Source of the DNA: Mobula hypostoma
Taxonomy: Eukaryota
DNA: 64,000 nt
NCBI RefSeq assembly: GCF_963921235.1
Contig: NC_086097.1
Coordinates: forward strand, 207,516,001-207,580,000
Reading direction: 5' to 3'
The notes below the pieces were generated by a model, which worked only from the letters and a program-made list of their open reading frames with translations, did not search any database and was not told the origin of the DNA. The translations under genes and the position numbers were made by a program. Below, piece by piece: positions 37,245 to 49,357 of this stretch (position 1 is its first letter; each line of letters begins with the position of its first letter).

Positions 37245-37490
37245 CAACCCTCTCAACTTCAACACTGTTAATATGGACAGGAGCATGTGCACCACCCTCC
37301 TTCCTGAAATCAATGAACATATCCTTTGTGTCACTGACATTGAGGCTGAGACTGTTATCATGAGACCATGTAACTAAACTCTATCTCCTTCCTGCACTGT
37401 GACTCACCGTTAATTGAGATATGGCTCACTATGATGGTATTATCTGCAAACTTACAGGTAGAGGTAGAGCAGAATCTGGTCATGTAGTTG
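37245..37490 (-). mobile_element. Degenerate Rex1/Babar RT fragment
   Basis: Minus-strand KFADNTIIVSHI and SLNVS-like motifs. Confidence 0.6.
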
Positions 37491-37650
37491 GTATGTTTTG
37501 TAACTCCATAAACTAATTGAAACTAACCGTTATGATACCGAGGTGATCAATGGAAGATACCTGCAGGATCATGATATCTTAGAATGTATACACACCTAAA
37601 TTCCGAACTTATCAGCATATTCTTGGGATGCAGCTATCATTTATACATAT

Positions 37651-38870
37651 ACCATAAGACCATAAGACAAAGGAGCAGAAGTCAGCCATTCAGCCCATCG
37701 AGTCTGCTCCGCTATTTTATCATGAGCTGATCCATTCTCCCATTTAGTCCCACTCCCCGCCTTCTCACCATAACCTTTGAAGCCCTGGCTACTCAGATAC
37801 CTATCAATCTCTGCCTTAAATACACCTAATGACTTGGCCTCCACTGTCACTCGTGGCAACAAATTCCATAGATTCACCACCCTCTGGCTAAAAAAAATTT
37901 CTTCGCATTTCTGTTCTGAATGGACGCCCTTCAATCCTTAAGTCATGCCCTCTCGTACTAGACTCCCCCATCATGGGAAACAACTTTGCCACATCTACTC
38001 TGTCCGTGCCTTTTAACATTCAAAATGTTTCTATGAGGTCTCCCCTCATTCTTCTAAACTCCAAGGAATACAGTCCAAGAGTGGACAAACGTTCCTCATA
38101 TGTTAACCCTCTCATTCCCGGAATCATTCTGGTGAATCTTCTCTGTACCCTCTCCAACGTCAGCATATCCTTTCTTAAATAAGGAGACCAAAACTGCCCA
38201 CAGTACTCCAAGTGAGGTCTCACCAGTGCCTTATAGAGCCTCAACATCACATCCCTGCTCCTATACTCTATTCCTCTAGAAATGAATGCCAACATTGCAT
38301 TCGCTTTCTTCACCACAGACTCAACCTGGAGGTTAACCTTAAGGGAATCCTGTACGAGGACTCCCAAGTCCCGTTGCATCTCAGAACTTTGAATTCTCTC
38401 CCCATTTAAATAATAGTCTGCCCGTTTATTTTTTTCTGCCAAAGCGCATAACCATACACTTTCTAACATTGTATTTCATTTGCCACTTCTTTGCCCATTC
38501 TTCCAATCTATCCAAGTCTCTCTGCAGACTCTCTGTTTCCTCAGCACTACCGGCTCCTCCATCTATCTTTGTATCGTCAGCAAACTTAGCCACAAAGCCA
38601 TCTATTCCATAATCCAAATCGTTGATGTACAATGTAAAAAGAAGTGGCCCCAACATGGACCCCTGTGGAACACCACTGGTAACTGGCAGCCAACCAGAAT
38701 AGGATCCCTTTATTCCCACTCCCTGTTTCCTGCCAATCAGCCAACGCTCTATCCACGTATGTAACTTTCCCGTAATTCCATGGGCTCTTATCTTGTTAAG
38801 TAGCCTCATGTGTGGCACCTTGTCAAAGGCCTTCTGAAAATCCAAATATACAACATCCACTGCATCTCCC
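37651..38870 (-). mobile_element. Young 5'-truncated CR1 LINE (RT to 3' tail)
   Basis: DVVYLDFQKAFDKVPH, GVPQGSMLGPLLF, KFADDTK and LVRPHLEYC, with a (TATGGTCT)n tail. Only three lesions seen. Confidence 0.95.
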
Positions 38871-39738
38871 ATGTCCACTGACATCTTCTACAAGCCCACT
38901 GACTCTCATAATTACCTCGACTATACCTCTTCCAACCCCGCCACATGCAAAAATGCCATTCCCTATTCCCAGTTCCTCCGTCTCATCGGCATCTGCTCCA
39001 GGGATGAGGCTTTCCGTTCCAGGACATCTCAAATGTCCTCTTTCTTTAAGGATCGTGGTTTCCCTTCTACCATCATCAATGATGTCCTCACCCGCATCTC
39101 CTCCATTTCCCGCACTTCGGCCCTCACCCCATCCTCCCGCAACCACAACAGGGACAAAGTTCCCCTTGTCCTTACCTACCACCCCACCAGCCTCCGGATC
39201 CAGCACATTATCCTCCGCAACTTGCGCAAAACTTCAACAGGATCCCACCACTAAACACATCTTTCCCTCTCCATCCCTCTCCGCTTTCCACAGGGATCGG
39301 TCCCTCCGCGACTCCCTTATCCACACGTCCATCCCCACGGATCTCCCACCGGGCACTTATCCCTGTAAGCGTAAGTACTACACCTGTCCCTACACCTCCT
39401 CTCTTGCCACCATTCAGGGCCCCAAACAGTCCTTCCAGCTGAGGCAACACTTCATTTATGAGTCTGTTGGGGTCATCTATTGCATCCGGTGCTCCCGGTG
39501 CGGCCTCCTCTACATCGGAGAAACCTGACGCAGATGGGGGGACCACTTCGTTGAGCACCTCCACTCCGTCCGCCACAACAGACAGGATCTCCTGGTAGCC
39601 ACCCACTTCAACTCTGCTTCCCATTCTTATTTGGATATGTCTATACATGGCCTCCTCTACTGCCATGATGAAGCTAAACTCAGGTTGGAGGAGCAACACC
39701 TCATACACCGTCTAGGTGGTCTGCAGCCGCTTGGTATG

Positions 39739-40297
39739 TGTTGTAGCGTGGATGAAATTACCGGAGAGACAGAGTCACTGGTAGATACAAAGCAGCTTCT
39801 TTATTCGACACAACAAGGTACAGTAGGCATCTTACGGACAGAGACGCTTTCCGCAGAAAGGTCTGCTAGCTAAATGTGGGCTCGATATTTATATGCTAAA
39901 CACAAAGGCAATCGCTACTTAAAAAGTTACAGACAATGCATAGACAATGCTTCCTTTTGAAGTTACATACAAACATCACACCTTCGGATTTTATCCTTTC
40001 CTTCTGACGCCAACATGTCTGGGTTGGTATCCACAGCATTTAGTTCAATCCACAATACATTTATTTGGCATTTTACATGCTAACATAGAAGACAATTAAT
40101 ATTTATAATGTATAGATAAGTGTCTTCAAATCTGCAGCATCAGGCACCAGAAGCATCTGGTATTTACACCTTTTAGGAAGCCCATTGTGGTGGACTCAAT
40201 CCACAGTCCTTTGTCAAACAGTTAAAATAGAAGTCTGGTGGCCAAAGTCATTTAAGTGTAAACAAATCATCTAGCCAAAAAGAAATCCACTCTAACA
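39739..40297. mobile_element. Solo LTR, 559 bp, 5-bp TSD
   Basis: TGTT...AACA termini with an imperfect terminal inverted repeat. TSD GTATG at 39734-39738 and 40298-40302. The empty site is visible in the sister copy at 42102-42113. Confidence 0.85.
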
Positions 40298-40504
40298 GTA
40301 TGAACATAGAATTCTCCAACTTCTGGTAATTCCCTCCCCCTCCCTTCCTCTATCACTATTTCACTCTGCCCCCTCCCCAGCTGCCTATCACCTCTCTCAT
40401 GGTTCCGCCTTCGTCTTCTCTTCTTCTACTATGTCTTTCAAATTACTGGTCTTTCAACTGAACCTACAAGCATTCTTGAAATCCTTCCCCCTCCTTCTTT
40501 CTTC

Positions 40505-40540
40505 AGTCCTGACGAAGGGTTCCGGCCGGAAACGTCGACT
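40505..40540 (+). ncRNA. Minimal hammerhead ribozyme motif (Penelope-type)
   Basis: AGTC-CTGACGA-AGGGTTCCGGCCG-GAAA-CGTC-GACT. Stem I AGTC/GACT, intact CUGANGA and GAAA, GUC site, one mismatch closing stem II. Confidence 0.75.
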
Positions 40541-40628
40541 CATCGTTTCCACTGATGCTGCTCGACCTGCTGAGTTCCTGCAGCGTGCTGTGAGTGTTAC
40601 CCCTTCTACTTCCCCTCCAACCTTCCCC

Positions 40629-40925
40629 TTGATTCAAACAAGAGGACATGAGTTGAGAGTTAAAGGGCAAAAGTTTAGGGGTAATATGAGGGGGAACTTC
40701 TTTACTCAGAGAGTGGTAGCTGTGTGGAACGAGCTTCCAGCCGAAGTGGTTGAGGCAGGATCGATGTTGTCGTTTAAAGTTAAATTGGACAGCTATATGG
40801 ACAGGAAAGGAATGGAGGGTTATGGACTGAGTGCAGGTCAATGGGACTATGTGAGAGTAAGTGTTCGGCACAGACTAGAAGGGCTGAGATGGCCTGTTTC
40901 CATGCTGTAATTGTTATATGGTTGT
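40629..40925 (+). mobile_element. CR1 3' end fragment
   Basis: QTRGHELRVKGQKFRGNMRGNFFTQRVVAVWNELP, with a GTTATATG tail. Same subfamily as 44465-45437. Confidence 0.92.
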
Positions 40926-41737
40926 TATTAGCCTATTAAAACTGGCCTGGGACATTTATTGTCATAGAGTCCATCTACAGTAGATATACTATCAGACTGA
41001 ATTTAATTTAATGCTATTTCCAGTAAAGCAACTGAAAAAAAGCAAGAGATCACGAATTAGTAAATAAGATTTTTGTAGTAAGCTCTGTGAAGAAAAGGAG
41101 CTAATGTCAGGAAACTCAGCTTGGTGAGGGGCAATCAGTAATTAGAAAAAGGAAGATAAGCACAGGAGCAAATAGGACTCAGCAAAGAGGAAGAAGGTGC
41201 CCGGGAACAGCTGGGGGAGGGGAGGGAGGTTTCAGGGGAAGAAACCATCTACCATTGAAAGAGAATGACAATGTTATTCTGCTTTATTAAAATCAGATTC
41301 TACAGATTCTAATTTCTTCCATTCTATTGAGATTTCATAATTTCTTGGGTGGGATGAAATATTGCCAACCAAGTTTCATTAAGGTTATGTCAATATTAGA
41401 GTTCTACACCAAAAATGAACTAAATATATCTTACAAACATGTAATTGCTAATATTACTCCTTCATCAAGAGCTTACTATTAAATGTTTGCACCAAATTAC
41501 TTTTCTGAGATAAAATGCAATGACTCTAGGGTGTATAACAATATATGCTATTGACAATGATGTTACAAAATAATATCAGTCTCAATGCAAATGAGTACAG
41601 GAATGTCTATAATGAATGTTAATGAGATTATCAAGGACAATTATCAAAAGTAACATTTAAAAACCAGAAAACACTGGAAGCACATAGCAGGTTAGGCAGC
41701 CTCCGTGAAAAGAGAAACAGCTAACTTTCCAGGTCCA

Positions 41738-42219
41738 AGCAACACTCAAAACATGCTGGAGGAACTCAGCAGGTCGGGCAGCATCCATGGAAACGATGAG
41801 TCGACGTTTCGGGTCAGAACCCTTGGTCAGGACTGAAGAGGGAAGGGGCAGAGGCCCTATAAAGAAGGTGGGGGGAGGGTTGGAAGTAGAAGGCTGGTAG
41901 TTTCAGTTGAAAAACCAGTAATTTGAAAGACAAAGGGGTGGGGGAAGAGAAGCAGGGACATCATAGGCAGGAAAACAATGGGTAGTAGAAGAAGGAGGCG
42001 GAACCATGAGAGAGGTGATAGGCAGCTGGGGGAGGGGGCAGAGCGAAATAGGGATAGAGGAAGGGAGGGGGAGGGAATTACCGGAAGTTGGAGAATTCTA
42101 TGTTCATACCAAGGGGCTGGAGACTACCTAGATGGTATATGAGGTGTTGCTCCTCCAACCTGAGTTTAGCCTCATTATGGCAGTAGAGGAGGCCATGTAT
42201 GGACATATCTGAATGGGAA
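41738..42219 (-). mobile_element. Penelope-like element 3' end, sister of 39620-40610
   Basis: The reverse complement aligns with 39620-39738 plus 40303-40610. Confidence 0.9.
41799..41834 (-). ncRNA. Minimal hammerhead motif with mutated core
   Basis: The minus strand reads AGTC-CTGACCA-AGGGTTCTGACCC-GAAA-CGTC-GACT. Stem II is intact; the core G8 is replaced by C. Confidence 0.65.
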
Positions 42220-44267
42220 TTCTATCGTATCTGCCTTCACCACCGTCACCAGCAGCCCATTCCATACACTCGCCATTCTCTGTGTAAAAAACTTACCCCT
42301 GATATCCCCTCTGTACCTACTTCCAAGCACCTTAAAACTGTGCCCTCCCGTGTTGGTCATTTCAGCCCTGGGAAAAAGCCTTTGGCTATCTACACGATCA
42401 ATGCCTCTCATCACCTTATACACCTCTATCAGGTCACCTCTCATCCTCTGTCACTCCAAGGAGAAAAGGCCGATTTCACTCAACCTATTCTCATAAGGCA
42501 TGCTCCCCAATCCAGGCAACATCCTTGTAAATCTCCCCTGCACCCTTTCTATGGTTTTCACATCCTTCCTGTAGTGATGCTACCAGAATTGAGCACAATA
42601 CTCCAAGTGGGGTCTGACCAAGGTCTTATATAGCTGCAACATTAGCTCTTGGCTCTTAAACTCAATCCCACGGTTGATGAAAATCGTATGCCTTCTTAAT
42701 CACATAGTCAACCTGTGCAGCAGCTTTGAGTGTCCTATGGACTCGGACCCAAAGATCCCTCTGATCCTCCACACTGCCAAGGGTCTTGCTATTAATGCTA
42801 TATTCCGCCATGATATTTGACCTACCAAATTGAGCCACCTCACACTTATCTGCGTTGAACTCCATCTGCCACTTCTCAGCCCAGTTTTGCACCCTATCGA
42901 TGTCCCACTGTAACTTCTGACAGCCCTCCACACTATCCACAACACCTCCAACCTTTGTGTCATCAGCAAATTTACTAACCCATCCCTCACTTCCTCATCC
43001 AGGTCATTTATAAAAATCACGAAGAGAAGGGGTCCCAGAACAGATCCCTGAGGCACACGACTGATCACGACCTCCATGCAGATTATGACCCGTCTACAAC
43101 CACTATTTGCCTTCTGTGGGCAAGCCAATTCTGCATCCACAGAGCAATGTCCCTTGGATCCCATGCCTCCTTACTTTCTCAATAAGTCTTGCATGGGATA
43201 CTTTATCATCCTTGCTGAAATCCATATACACTTCATCTACTGCTCTATCTTCATCAATGTGTTTAGTTACATCCTCAAAAAATTCAATCAGGCTTGTAAG
43301 GCATGACCTGCCTTTGACAAAGCCATGCTGACTATTCCTAATCATATTATGCCTCTCCAAATTTTCATAAATCCTGCCTCTCAGGATATTTTCCATCAAC
43401 TTACCAACCACTGAAGTAAGACTCAATGGTCTATAATTTCCTGGGCTATCTTTACTCCCTTTCTTGAATAAGGGAGCAACATCTGCAACCCTCCAATCCT
43501 CTGGAACCTCTCCTGTCCCCATTGATGAGGCAAAGATCATTACCAGAGTCTCAGCAATCTCCTCCCTTGGCTCCCACAGTATATCTCATCTCGTCTCAGG
43601 GGCTTATCCAACTTGATACTTTCCAAAAGCTCCAGCACATCCTCTTTCTTAATATCTTTAACATCTAAAGCCTGGCACTTTAAGTAACCATTCTTGCCCC
43701 TGAGCCGTCCAAGTCTCTGTAATGGCCACAACATCATAGCCCCACATACTGATCCATGCCCTAAGCTCACCTGCTTTGCTCATGATGCTTCTTGCCTTAA
43801 AATAGATGCATCTCAAACCATCAGTCTGAGCGCATCCCTTCTCTATCACCTACCTATCCTCCCTCTCACACTGCCTACAAGCTTTCTCTATTTGTGAGCC
43901 AACAGCCCCTTCCTGCGTCTCTTCAGTTTGGTTCCCACCCCCCAGCAATTCCAGTTTAAATTCTCCCCAATAGCATTAGCAAACCTCCCTACCAGGATAT
44001 TGGTCCCCCTGGGATTCAAGTGCAACCCATCTTTTTTGTACAGGTCACGCCTGCCCCAAAAGAGGTCCCGATGATCCAGAAATCTGAATCCCTGCCCTCT
44101 GCTCCAATCCCTCAGTCACGCATTTATCCTCCACCTCACTCTATTCCTATACTGACTGTCGCATGGCACAGGCAGTAATCCCAAGATTACTACCTTGGAG
44201 GTCCTGCTTATCAACTTTCTTCCTTACTCCCTGTAGTCTCCCTGTAGTCAGGACCTCCTCCCTTTTC

Positions 44268-46300
44268 AGAATCTGAATCAGAATCAGGTTTATTATCACC
44301 TGCATGTGACGTGAAATTTGTTAACTTAGCAGGAGCAGTTCATAATACATAATCTAGTAGAGAGAGAGCGAGAGAAAAAAAACATATTAATAAATAAACA
44401 AGTAAATCAATTACTGTACATAAATTGAATAGATTTTTTTAAAATGTGCAAAAACAGAAATACTAACCATGTAACTACATAACAATCACAGCACAGAAAC
44501 AGGCCATCTCGGCCCTTCTAGTCTGTGCCGAACTCTTACTCTCACCTAGTCCCACCAAGCTGAACTCAGCCCATAACCCTCCATTCCTTTCCTGTCCATA
44601 TAGCTGTCCAATTTAACATTAAATGACAACATCGAACCTGACTCAACCATTTCTGCTGGAAGCTCATTCCACACAGCTGCCATTCTCTGAGTAAAGAAGT
44701 TCCCCCACATGTTCCCCCTAAACTTTTGCCCTTTAACTCTCAACTCATGTCCTCTTGTTTGAATCTCCCCCACTCTCAATGGAAAAAGCCTATCCACATC
44801 AACTCTATCTATCCCCCTCATAATTTTAAATACCTCTATCAAGTCCCCCCTCAACCTTCTATGCTCCAAAGAATAGAGACCCAACTTGTTCAACCTCTCT
44901 GTAGCTTAGGAGATGAAACCCAGGTAACATTCTAGTAAGTCTTCTCTGTACTCTGTCTATTTTGTTGACATCTTTCCTATAATTCGGCGACCAGAACTGT
45001 ACACAATACTCCAAATTTGGCCTTACCAATGCCTTGTACAATTTCAACATTACATCCCAACTCCTATACTCAATGCTTTGATTTATAAAGGCCAGCATAC
45101 TAAATGCTTTCTTCACCACCCTATCCACATGAGATTCCACCTTCAGGGAACTATGGCACCATTATTCCTAGATTCCTCTGTTTTACTGCATTCTTCAATG
45201 CCCTACCATTTACCATGATGTCCTATTTTGATTAGTCCTATCAAAATGTAGCATCTCACACTTATCAGCATTAAACTCCATCTGCCATCTTTCAGCCCAC
45301 TCTTCTAACTGGCCTAAATCTCTCTGCAAGCTTTGAAAATTTACTTCATTATCCACAACGCCACCTATCTTAGTATCATCTGCATACTTACTAATCCAAT
45401 TTACCATCCCATCATCCAGATAATTAATATATATGATAATACTGTATATTAAAAAAAGTGAGGTAGTGTCCAAAGCTTCAACGTCCATTTAGGAATCGGA
45501 TGGCAGAAGGGAAGAAGCTGTTCCTGAATGGCTGAGTGTGTGCCTTCAGGCTTCTGTATCTCCTACCTGATGGTAACAGTGAGAAAAGGGAAGCCCTGGG
45601 TGCTGGAGATCCTTAATAATGGATGCTGCCTTTCTGAGACACTGTTCCCTAAAGATGTCCTGGTTACTTTGTAGGCTAGTGCCCAAGATGGAGCTGACTA
45701 GATTTACAACCTTCTACAGCTTCTTTCAGTCCTGTGTAGCCCCTCCATATCAGACAATGATGTAGCCTGTTAGAATGCTCTCCACTCTACAACTGTAGAA
45801 GCTTCTGAGATTATTTGGTGACATGCCAAATCTCTTCAAACTCCTAATAAAGTATAGCCACTGTCTTGCCTTCTTTATGACTACATCAATACGTTGGGAC
45901 CAGGTTAGTTCCTCAGGGATCTTGACACCGAGGAACTTGAAGTTTCTCACTCTCTCCACTTCTGATCCCTCTATGAGGATTGGTATGTGTTCCTTCGTCT
46001 TACCCTTACTGAAGTCCACAATCAGCTTTTTCTTCTTACTGACGTTGAGTGCCAGGTTGTTGCTGCAGCACCATTCCACTAGTTGGCATATCTCACTCCT
46101 GTACACCCTCTTGTCACTACCTGAAATTCTACCAACAACGGTTGTATCGTCGGCAAATTTGTAGATGGTATTTGAGCTATGCCTAGCCACACAGTCATGT
46201 GTATACAGAGAGTAGAGCAGTGGTTTAAGCACACACCCCTGAGGTGCGCCAGTGTTGATCGTCAGCAAGGAGGATATGTTATCACCAATCCGCACAGACT
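44268..46300 (-). mobile_element. Rex1/Babar LINE, interrupted by CR1 44465-45437
   Basis: [20 protein letters not shown] and KFADDTTVVG, with a (TGATTC)n tail at 44268-44288. Confidence 0.9.
44465..45437 (-). mobile_element. 5'-truncated CR1 with 6-bp TSD
   Basis: KYADDTKIGG and LVRPNLEYCVQFWSP. TSD AATACT at 44459-44464 and 45438-45443. Confidence 0.92.
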
Positions 46301-46990
46301 GTCTATCACCGGAGCTAGATAGGTACTGTCTGGTGTGCTTTCATGTTGGTCTTGTCTGGTCCTCGCCTCCGTGGGGTAAGTCTGGCTGTCTTGCCGTTAC
46401 CCCGTGGAGGGTCATGTCGTGTCTTGTCTAGTCCTCGCCTCCGTGGGGTAAGTCAGGCCATCTAGCCGTTGCCCCGCAGAAGGTCATGAGTCCTGGCCCT
46501 ATGTTTTGTACCCAAGGAGGCATCCCGGCTCTCTGTTCTGTGTGTGAGTCCCGGCCCTATGTCCTGTACCCAAGGAGGGGTCCCGACTCTGTGTTCTGTG
46601 TATGTATCCATGGTTCCATGTACCGGTTCTTCTGAGACCGAGGCTCTGTTTTCCATGTTCCTCCTCTCCCTAGCCCATGTCATGTCCATGCCTGGTTCTG
46701 GGGTCTGAGCCCGCGGCAAGACCCAGGTACCGGGTCCTTGCCCAATCTCGGGCTCGGAGTCCATACCCTAGCCTCTTCATGTTTCCTCTAGTTCTGGGAG
46801 CCGATTCTGAGTCCAAGCCCAGGCCTCTAGTCCCAGCCTAGTTGTAGTCCTCAGTCCTTGTCCAATTCGCTATTCCTGCTCCTGCCTTGCTCTCCTGGTA
46901 TCCAACAATAAACTAAATCTAAGTAACTTCACAAGATGTGACTTGCATTTGGGTCCACCCTTGCTCCCAATGCCCCCGCCATTGGGACAG
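46300..46990 (+). mobile_element. Gypsy-like LTR 3' portion with internal 72-bp and 58-bp tandem duplications
   Basis: AATAAA at ~46906, CTTGCATTTGGGTCC motif and an ...ACA end. Repeats at 46349/46421 and 46488/46546. Confidence 0.65.
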
Positions 46991-47852
46991 GCTGTTGACC
47001 TTCCCACTTCAGGACCCCCTAACTATAGAGTTTCCTATTACTGTTGCCTTCTTCTTTTCCCTACCCTTTTGAGCCACAGGGCCAGACTCTGTGTCAGAGG
47101 TGCAGCCACTGTTGTTTCCCCCAGGTAGGCTGTCCCCCTGTCAACAGTACTCAAACAGGAGTACTTATTGTTGAAGGAGACAGCTACAGGGGTACTCTCT
47201 AGTTTCTGACCCTTGCCCTTTCTTCTCCTGACTGTTACCCACTTATCTGTCTCCCGAGGCTTCAGTGTGACTACTTGCCTATAGCTCCTCACTTTCCCTG
47301 ACCAGATGAAGGTCATCGAGCTGCAGCTCCAGTTCCCTAACACTGTCCCTAAGGAGCTGCAGCTCGACGCACCTGGCGCAGATGTGGCCCTCCGGGAGTC
47401 TGGGAGTCTCCTGGACATCCCACATCTGACACCCAGTACAGAACACCAGCCTCACAGAGATACTTCTTGTTTCTATTCTTCACAGGTAACCTACCTCACC
47501 TTGACCCGTTATCACCGAAACCCTGTTGAGCCAAAGCCCACCTACTCTGTCTACCTCTACTCAGTCGTCTGCTCTATACAGCTGTCTCTTTTTAAACTCT
47601 TCCCACCGGTCTAACTCGCTGGCGTTCATGCACCTGCGCAGTCATTCCTCGATCAAAATTGTTTGATTAAGAATTCTTTCTCGTTTAAATAATTCATTAT
47701 GGTTATATGTACAAATTATGTAAGTGGCATACGCAACCATGTGATATGTGCATGACTCACTTAAAGTAACGAAGAACTAAGACAATTCTTCCTGGCCTCC
47801 TGACTTTTTGCTTTCAATTAGTTCAATGTTTTGGAGTTAGAAAACGTAACAA

Positions 47853-47864
47853 TGGTGACAAGAT
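47853..47864 (+). promoter_or_regulatory. Decayed primer-binding site (tRNA-Ser GCU-type)
   Basis: TGGTGACAAGAT immediately after the LTR CA. It is explicable as CpG-decayed TGGCGACGAG, complementary to the tRNA-Ser(GCU) 3' end. Confidence 0.6.
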
Positions 47865-48467
47865 ATTATTAAAAAGAACCCGAGACATCCACCTATCTGT
47901 TGAAGTGCAGCGAGACATTTGAGTGAAAAACAAGCAAGTGAAACAGTCAAATTTAAAAAGAGGTGCAGCACATTTTTTCTATTGGAGCACTGTGTTTTCT
48001 TCAAGAAAGGAAAGCATTTGAATTTTTTTAAAAAGCAGGAAGTGGAAGAATTCATGGGTTCATAAACATTGAGTACCAGGTGATAACAATTACAAAAAAG
48101 AGCAGAAATGGCTGGCCAGATCAGAAAGATTGATGCATTTGATTGCAGAAAATATAACTGGAATACAGAAACTGAAGAGTATTTTAAAGCAAATGGAACA
48201 GCCTATGAAAAACAAGTGTGAGTTTTTGCTGAGTGTATTGAAATTAAAGGCATACAGTTTGCTTAGAAATTTAACTGCTCCAAACAAGCCAGCTAAGCTG
48301 AGCTTTGCTGGTATTGTGAAAGTAATGCAGGAACATTTAGAATCAAAACTATTTTTGATTGCAGAACACTTTAGGTTTCATAAATGAAATCAAAAGGAAC
48401 TGGGGATCATTTCAGTGCACATGGGCTGAATGGAAGAGATTGAACTTTGTCAGTATTGTAATTGGCT

Positions 48468-49105
48468 CAAGTCAAAACAAGCCAAGTTTATTGTCATCTA
48501 ACTATATACATGTATATAATGTATATAACCATATAATGTATATAGAAATGAGACAACGTTTCTCTAAACCAGCGTGTAAAGAACAGTGGTACACGTAACA
48601 CACATAGCACATGGTAACATATGAAGGTAAGGATAAAATCTACAGATGAATCACACATAACTAACAAACTATATTCTGTTAATATGAAATATTGTAAGGT
48701 ATGGAACAGGTTAACCAGTGAAACTTAGAATACGATGCAGCAGGGAGTTCAGAAGCATAATGGCCTGGAGGAAGAAACTGTTTCTCATTCTAACAGTTCT
48801 TACTTTTATGCATCATAGTCTCCTGCTAATGGCAGAAAGTCAAAGAGGATGCTGAATGGATGGGTTGGGTCCTTAATAATACTAAGGGCCCTGAGAATGC
48901 AGTGCTCCTGATAAATATCCCCGATGGATGGTAGGGAGACCCCTATGATTGACTCAGCTGTTCTCACAGTCCTTTGTAGGGACTTTTGGTCTGATTTTCG
49001 ACTGCTCCCATACCAGATGGCTTTGCAACTTGATGTCAGGACGTTCTCAATGGTGCTACTGTAAAACACAGTTAAGAAAGGGGGGAACCTTGCTTGCCTC
49101 AATAT
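48468..49105 (-). mobile_element. Rex1/Babar 3' fragment inserted in Gypsy gag
   Basis: FYSSTIENVLTS...LQRTVRTAESIIG...IIKDPTHP, with a TGACAATAAACTTGG tail. Gag resumes at ~49106. Confidence 0.85.
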
Positions 49106-49357
49106 TAATGATGTATTGGGAGATTGCGTAGTGAAATCTTACAAGAAAGCATTCAAAAACTGCTCCTAACTGAAGCACACATTCCTTTTAAAAGAGTTTC
49201 TGAAATTGCTGTATCAATGGCAAAAGCAGACAGAGAGCTGTAGTCAGGAATAAAAGTCAGTGTGAACAAAATTGCAGCATCTAGACGTAAGTTTGCCTAG
49301 CCAAACAAATCATGCTACCGTTGCGATAGAGGTTCACATACACCAAACCATTGCAGG

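Larger units (their letters stand above)
38871..40610 (+). mobile_element. Penelope-like element 3' part (RT thumb, GIY-YIG endonuclease, 3' end with hammerhead motif), interrupted by a solo LTR
   Basis: TDIFYKPTDSHNYLDY...IPYSQFLRL, GVIYCIRCSRCGLLYIGET and EEQHLIHRLGGLQPLGM|NIEFSNF. Confidence 0.92.
42221..47655 (-). mobile_element. Formerly full-length CR1 LINE (5' UTR, ORF1, deleted ORF2), split by nested insertions 44268-46990
   Basis: 5' UTR at 47460-47655. ORF1 N-terminus CTGCQMW...CARCVELQLL and ORF1 DGLHLNPRG at ~44030. ORF2 VVAITETW, GNYRPLSLTSVVGK, SCLTSLIEFFE and PQGSVLGPLLF. Confidence 0.9.

Noticed and set aside
38812..39528. 238-aa Pro/Ser-rich ORF
   Set aside because: It is an off-frame read across the CR1/Penelope junction that only enters the true Penelope frame after a frameshift.
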